Of a stretch of 35,320 bases of DNA, positions 29,008 to 35,320 are shown in pieces (position 1 is the stretch's first letter; every line of letters starts with the position of its first letter). This stretch comes from a virus (lineage: Duplodnaviria > Heunggongvirae > Uroviricota > Caudoviricetes), in IMG/VR virus record IMGVR_UViG_2869970738_000004, one strand, 5' to 3'. The notes under the pieces are model-generated. The model saw only the letters and a program-made list of their open reading frames with translations. It made no database searches and was not told the DNA's origin. Both the position numbers and the translations under genes were made by a program.

Positions 29008-29319
29008 TTATTCAGGAAATAACGCCCGGATATTTCCGGCCATCTGACTGGTTATCTGTGCGGTTGATACTGGCTGTGATGTGGGGCGTTCTGTCCTGGT
29101 TTGTGTCACTGATAACGCTTCATCACCAGCCCATGCAGCCAGTCGATAAGCCTCTGCCGGATTCATTTTCAGAAGTGCCAGCCCGGCCAGAAAAGCCACG
29201 CGTTGGCCGCTTTTGCGGGCTTCTGGTGTAAGGCTGTCCAGCCAGGCGCATGCTTCTCCTTCGTTCTTGACGGCGGTGGGCTTCAGATAGAAACTTATCC
29301 GTCTGGTTGGAGTCGTCAT
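29008..29319 (-). CDS. ParR/StbB-like small DNA-binding partition protein (likely start at ATG 29319)
   Basis: About 103 aa directly downstream of the parM-like gene (4-nt gap, RBS overlapping the parM stop). Confidence 0.5.
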   Translation of the reverse strand: MTTPTRRISFYLKPTAVKNEGEACAWLDSLTPEARKSGQRVAFLAGLALLKMNPAEAYRLAAWAGDEALSVTQTRTERPTSQPVSTAQITSQMAGNIRALFPE

Positions 29320-29323
29320 TGGT

Positions 29324-29929
29324 TTACTCCTTGTCCATTGCGTACAGCCCATTAACCAGAGCAAACTGTGGCACCCCGTCCGCGATGAAAGTCGCATTAA
29401 CTCCGCAGGCTTCGCGGATAGCGGGTGCCACAATCTCCGCCCCTCCACCGACAACCATCACCCGCCCGTAACCCGAAAAACCCGCCAGCGCGCGGATCAC
29501 GCGTTGTTTCAGTGTTTCTTCCTTTTCACGAATTACCGCCATCAGGCTGGCGTAATGCGCGTCATTGTGGATGTGCTGGCGCAGCCAGGCTTCATCATGG
29601 CGATGTTCGATAATGGTATTGGCGATGTGGTGACTGGTGCGCATACCGTTAGTGGCCATCACCGACAGTACGGCATCGGCCATCAGAGAAACGCCCACGT
29701 GTGGATCGCAAAACACCTGGCTGATACCTGCCAGTTGCCCCTGAACCTTTGCCACATCCAGCGTGGTTCCGCCCAAATCCACAATCAGCAGGGATTCAAA
29801 CGGACTCATGTCAGCCAGTGCCTTAAAGCCAGCCGGAATGGATTCAGGCATAACCCGTACGTTACGGATAGTGAATGCTTCGCCGTTCTGGTACTCCACC
29901 GGGCGCATGACGTTCGCTTTTTTGCGGTT
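29324..29929 (-). pseudogene. ParM/StbA-like actin-type ATPase, 5' about one-third replaced by IS911
   Basis: Residues match the ParM C-terminal two-thirds (…RKKANV…FTIRNVRVMPESIPAGF…LIVDLGGTTLDVA…VMVVGGGAE…VNGLY); the first 5 codons of the track ORF are read from the IS911 end. Confidence 0.7.
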
Positions 29930-29940
29930 TGAAGTGGTCA

Positions 29941-31395
<1,455 letters not shown>

Positions 31396-31399
<4 letters not shown>

Positions 31400-31722
31400 T
31401 TTTTCCAGAGGCGGTCGAACTCCGCCTTCGCAAAATAAGCGGAAGCCTGGCGAAGGATATCGTTACTGCGGCGCAGTTCACGATTTTCACGTTCCAGCTC
31501 TTTCAGACGCTGACGTTCAGCGGTGGTGAGCCCGCCATCACCGCCTCCGGTATCCCGCTCATGCTGGCGTACCCAGACACGCAGAGTCTCCGGTGTACAG
31601 CCAATCTTTGGGGCAATGGAACAAATTGCCGCCCACTGTGAGTCATATTCGCCCTGACTTTCCAGAACCATACGAATCGCCCTCTGACGGACTTCGGGGG
31701 AAAAACGAGTATTTTTAGTCAT
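31396..31722 (-). CDS. IS629-like OrfA
   Basis: [61 protein letters not shown]…. Confidence 0.85.
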
Positions 31723-31993
31723 CCTGTTTACCTCTTTCTCAGGGAGTTTAGTCTCCAGGATTCCCGGGGCGGTTCAGCCTTTCAAGGTAGTTAGGGATAG
31801 CAACATGTTCATGACCACCACGTTTATACCGGTGAGTCGGCTGCTGACAGCTGACCAGCCCCAGCTCTTTCATGAGCCTGCCAGCAAGCCAGCGTCCCAT
31901 CTGGTAGCCTCTCCGGGTTGCCATTGTGGCGATGCTTCTTGCTCCGGCCGAACCATGGCTGATGCCATGTAGCTCAAGTACCTGACTGCGTAA

Positions 31994-32415
<422 letters not shown>

Positions 32416-32487
32416 TGGAGCACCTGTGTTGTTCTGAGGTGAGCATATCACCTCTGTTCAGGTGGCCAAATTCAGTGTGCCACTTCA

Positions 32488-32752
32488 AACCGAAGAACAC
32501 GGCGGTGCGGAGTCCGGAGAGTAACGGAATAGCAGAGAGCTTCGTGAAAACGATAAAGCGTGACTACATCAGTATCATGCCCAAACCAGACGGGTTAACG
32601 GCAGCAAAGAACCTTGCAGAGGCGTTCGAGCATTATAACGAATGGCATCCGCATAGTGCGCTGGGTTATCGCTCGCCACGGGAATATCTGCGGCAGCGGG
32701 CTTGTAATGGGTTAAGTGATAACAGATGTCTGGAAATATAGGGGCAAATCCA
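32488..32752 (+). mobile_element. IS2 right-end fragment (about 265 bp; 3' part of insD plus right end), abutting IS911
   Basis: Matches the complete IS2 from about 1468 to 1732; encodes …[19 protein letters not shown]…NRCLEI. Confidence 0.9.
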
Positions 32753-32951
32753 CTGCGGCACAGATCAGCTCGGAAAGTTCGTTAAGTGCATCCAGATCAT
32801 CAGCGTAAAAAGCCACGTCATACAGACTTCGGATTGCTCTGGTCAATGAGTCACGGGCCGCACGTTCAGCATGAGCGCCTGATGCACTTAAGCGAAAATA
32901 AAAACGCTCAAGTGCTTTGTTAATGAGAGTTTTATATTCTTTGCCCATCAC
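32753..32951 (-). pseudogene. N-terminal fragment of a prophage early-region gene, 3' end replaced by the IS2 fragment
   Basis: Track ORF 32712-32951: first 66 aa are phage-derived, tail [12 protein letters not shown] is read from the IS2 end. Confidence 0.5.
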
Positions 32952-32959
32952 AACGCCCT

Positions 32960-33247
32960 TTAATCTGCTTTCTGTATTTCAGCTTCTGAATCCATACAAA
33001 TAATTTCGATATAGGGTTCATCGCCATTAACCTGGCGTGCCTTTTCAGCTTCGCTAATGATTTCTCGTACGGTCTGGTACGGAAGTTCCACAAGCAGTCG
33101 CGTGCCGTTCAGATAAACGTAAGTGGCTTCGTCGGCTCCGTTTTTACCCGCCGGAGTCACTCCGTCAATAGCGGATGCACGTAATAACAGTTCACCGCGA
33201 AAATCAATAAAACGGATAAATACACCTTGTGCATGGTCTTTGGTCAT
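32960..33247 (-). CDS. Hypothetical early-region protein (about 95 aa from internal Met MTKDHAQ…)
   Basis: Co-oriented with cox-like gene; no family recognised. Confidence 0.45.
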   Translation of the reverse strand: MTKDHAQGVFIRFIDFRGELLLRASAIDGVTPAGKNGADEATYVYLNGTRLLVELPYQTVREIISEAEKARQVNGDEPYIEIICMDSEAEIQKAD

Positions 33248-33257
33248 AAAGCACCTG

Positions 33258-33596
33258 TTATAAATCAGTCTGTTTAATAAAACTTTGCCCGCGAAGCAGA
33301 CGATCAATCGTGCGAAGTGCTTCGTATAATGTGAAATCCTGCCCGCACTGATTGTCGCCACAGCTCAATGCAAAAATGCGGTTTCCGGTAAACGGATTGC
33401 GTGGGCATTTGTGGATCACGATTCCAGCTTTCTCAATCAGCCAGGTGTGCTCGCCGATTTGTTTTACTGGGTAGCCATCCTGCGTTGCGTGTGTATCACT
33501 CAGGCTGTAGCGGATGTTGCTGCGTGATGCACTGGTAGTGAAACGGTTAGCGTGGCGTTCTGTTCCGGTACGAAAATTACGGCGTTGCTTCAGCAT
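33258..33596 (-). CDS. Hypothetical early-region protein (112 aa) with a Cys-rich segment
   Basis: ORF directly downstream of the cox-like gene; contains HKCPRNPF…SCGDNQCGQDF. Confidence 0.5.
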   Translation of the reverse strand: MLKQRRNFRTGTERHANRFTTSASRSNIRYSLSDTHATQDGYPVKQIGEHTWLIEKAGIVIHKCPRNPFTGNRIFALSCGDNQCGQDFTLYEALRTIDRLLRGQSFIKQTDL

Positions 33597-33610
33597 AAAA
33601 TGACACCTCG

Positions 33611-33889
33611 TTATTTTGTCATCTGCACGTATTTTTCTGCGCTCCTGATTGTTTTCAGGAAAAGAGCGAAGAGATTTACTGTGCGTCTTGAGTTCTTTTC
33701 ATCTTGGTTGATGGGAATTGAACCTCTGTCAGCCTGTCTTTTCACTGTGTTAACAGCTTGGTTGGTACGCTTTGCGTAATCTTTCAGGCTTTCTTCAAGT
33801 ACTGGTAACCCATGCTCATCGCGGTAGGGATAGAACGCTGCTAAACGCTCAAAGTCTGCCTGTTCGTGTGTGTTCAGGACTTTTGCCAT
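33611..33889 (-). CDS. cox: Cox/Apl-like small HTH regulator or excisionase (by position and size)
   Basis: 92-aa ORF divergent from the C-repressor gene across a short operator-bearing intergenic region. Confidence 0.5.
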   Translation of the reverse strand: MAKVLNTHEQADFERLAAFYPYRDEHGLPVLEESLKDYAKRTNQAVNTVKRQADRGSIPINQDEKNSRRTVNLFALFLKTIRSAEKYVQMTK

Positions 33890-33934
33890 GTGTGATAACC
33901 TGCGCTATCTGTGGTTGTTTGTGACTTGGTGTGC

Positions 33935-33975
33935 TTATAAGTACACCTTGTGCGCAAGCTTAGTGTACTTATAGG
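33935..33975. promoter_or_regulatory. Candidate immunity operator: inverted-repeat pair between cox-like and C genes
   Basis: TTATAAGTACAC (33935-33946) and GTGTACTTATAG (33964-33975) are near-perfect reverse complements. Confidence 0.5.
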
Positions 33976-33985
33976 GACACTGTCA

Positions 33986-34294
33986 ATGCTTATCGGTGAA
34001 AAAATTAGAGTGATTCGTGAATCAGAGGATTTAACGCGCGAAGAATTTTGCGGCCTGATTGATGTGCCTATCGGCACTTTGCGTCGTTATGAAACGGGGC
34101 GGATTGAAAACATAGGGGGCGAAGTGCTTATCAAGATTGTTAATCACCCTCGCTTTTTTAAGTACATGAATTGGCTTATGACGGGAAAAACAAATGAGGC
34201 TGCTGGGCAGATCAGTCCCTCTCTCTCCCCTGATGGGCCAGAAAACACATCGTCTTCTCAAAAATCCCGCAAGACTGGTACACAGCCCGGCTAA
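33986..34294 (+). CDS. C: Immunity repressor (P2 C-like, HTH); likely start at the internal ATG 33986
   Basis: About 102 aa from MLIGEKIRVIRESEDLTREEFCGLIDVPIGTLRRYETG; the C-terminal Gln/Ser-rich tail resembles P2 C; upstream of and co-oriented with int. Confidence 0.75.
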   Translation: MLIGEKIRVIRESEDLTREEFCGLIDVPIGTLRRYETGRIENIGGEVLIKIVNHPRFFKYMNWLMTGKTNEAAGQISPSLSPDGPENTSSSQKSRKTGTQPG

Positions 34295-34342
34295 TCATAG
34301 AACGCTGGGGCATGGTGGTCTTGTAACGCTGGGGTTTCACGA

Positions 34343-35320
34343 ATGAGCATAAAATCAATTCTGGGAGGGTATCTTCTTGACATGTGCCCTGAGGGGCGTA
34401 AAGGCAAACGCATTCGCAAAAAATTTAAAACGAAATCGGATGCAGTTTTATATGAGCGGTGGGTGCTGGCGCAACAGCATAACAATGAGTGGAAAGGAAA
34501 CTCTATTGATCGCCGTCCTCTGTCAGTGCTTATTGACTTGTGGTGGAAATACCACGGCCAGCTAATGAAGTCAGGGCATAACACGCGCCTTAAATTGCTG
34601 CGCTTGAGTGAAGCAATGGATGACCCGTGCGTGCATAAACTTAATACAACGATGCTCACCGAGCTACGTGTGTCCAGGATAGAGCAGGGGATACAGCCCA
34701 GCACCATAAATCGAGAGATTGGGGCGTTAAGCGCGATGTTTACCGCACTCATCTCATCCGGCCATTTTCTTAACGATAACCCCGTTCAAGGCCTTAAAGG
34801 AATGAAGGTTAAGGAGCGCGAAATGGGATATCTGAGTAAGTCTGAATGTGTTCAGTTGCTGGATGCACTGGCTGAAAATCCCGATGAACGACTGGCTGTC
34901 GAAATCCTTCTGTCGACCGGGGCGCGATGGGGCGAGGTAGCGGCACTGGAGCAGCGCCGTGTTCTTCATTGTCGAATCACTTTTTCAAAAACGAAGAACA
35001 GCAAAAACCGTACCGTTCCTATTTCTGAAAGCCTGTTTGAAAAGATCAAAAAACGGGGCGGGAAACTGGTGTTTCCGACGCTGGATTATTCATTGGTTCG
35101 CGATGTCATCAAAACGGTCGCACCTGATGTTCCTGACGGCCAGGCTGTTCATGCGCTGCACCACACCTTCGCCAGTCATTTCATGATGAACGGCGGCAAT
35201 ATTCTGACGCTCCAGAAAATTCTGGGGCACGCAAAGATTCAGACAACGATGATTTATGCCCATCTTGCGCCGGATTACCTGCAGGATGCGGTGAGGTTTA
35301 ATCCACTAGGAGGTGCTTAA
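34343..35320 (+). CDS. int: Tyrosine integrase (P2 Int-like), complete; stop codon is the last 3 bases of the window
   Basis: 325-aa ORF with the conserved C-terminal catalytic region (…LLSTGARWGE…HALHHTFASHFMMNGGNILTLQKILGHAKIQTTMIYAHLAP…). Confidence 0.9.
   Translation: MSIKSILGGYLLDMCPEGRKGKRIRKKFKTKSDAVLYERWVLAQQHNNEWKGNSIDRRPLSVLIDLWWKYHGQLMKSGHNTRLKLLRLSEAMDDPCVHKLNTTMLTELRVSRIEQGIQPSTINREIGALSAMFTALISSGHFLNDNPVQGLKGMKVKEREMGYLSKSECVQLLDALAENPDERLAVEILLSTGARWGEVAALEQRRVLHCRITFSKTKNSKNRTVPISESLFEKIKKRGGKLVFPTLDYSLVRDVIKTVAPDVPDGQAVHALHHTFASHFMMNGGNILTLQKILGHAKIQTTMIYAHLAPDYLQDAVRFNPLGGA

Overview
The whole window is a heavily decayed, IS-riddled P2-like (Peduovirus-type) prophage; the IS content (IS1 x4, IS2, IS911, IS629) suggests a Shigella/E. 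coli host. Read right-to-left it follows P2 order: int - C - cox - early-gene remnants | IS2 fragment + IS911 (itself split by IS629) | truncated parM-like + parR-like + zinc-ribbon ORF | cos-like intergenic region | terminase P and portal Q (both broken) | gpO-fragment fused to an M15 endolysin (capsid genes N, M, L, X, Y missing) - lysB/lysC - R - S - V - W - J - I - tail fibre H | Mu G-segment-like invertible tail-fibre region with its DNA invertase | FI - FII - E/E' - T - U (inverted relative to P2) | D | a 1039-aa AT-rich membrane-anchored orphan ORF | ogr interrupted by IS2 | hok-like toxin. The best candidate for an undescribed system is the 1039-aa orphan gene (2064-5183) sitting between D and ogr, which are adjacent in P2; a second cargo cluster (zinc-ribbon ORF + parR-like + parM-like, 28354-29929) lies between cos and the early genes. 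Almost every phage module carries a lesion: nonsense in D, frameshifts in FII, P, Q, the invertase and the alternative tfa, IS1 in FII, H (twice) and P, IS2 in ogr. Coordinates for features not on the ORF track were counted by hand and may be off by 1-2 bp. Protein identifications are from recalled family sequences, not database searches.
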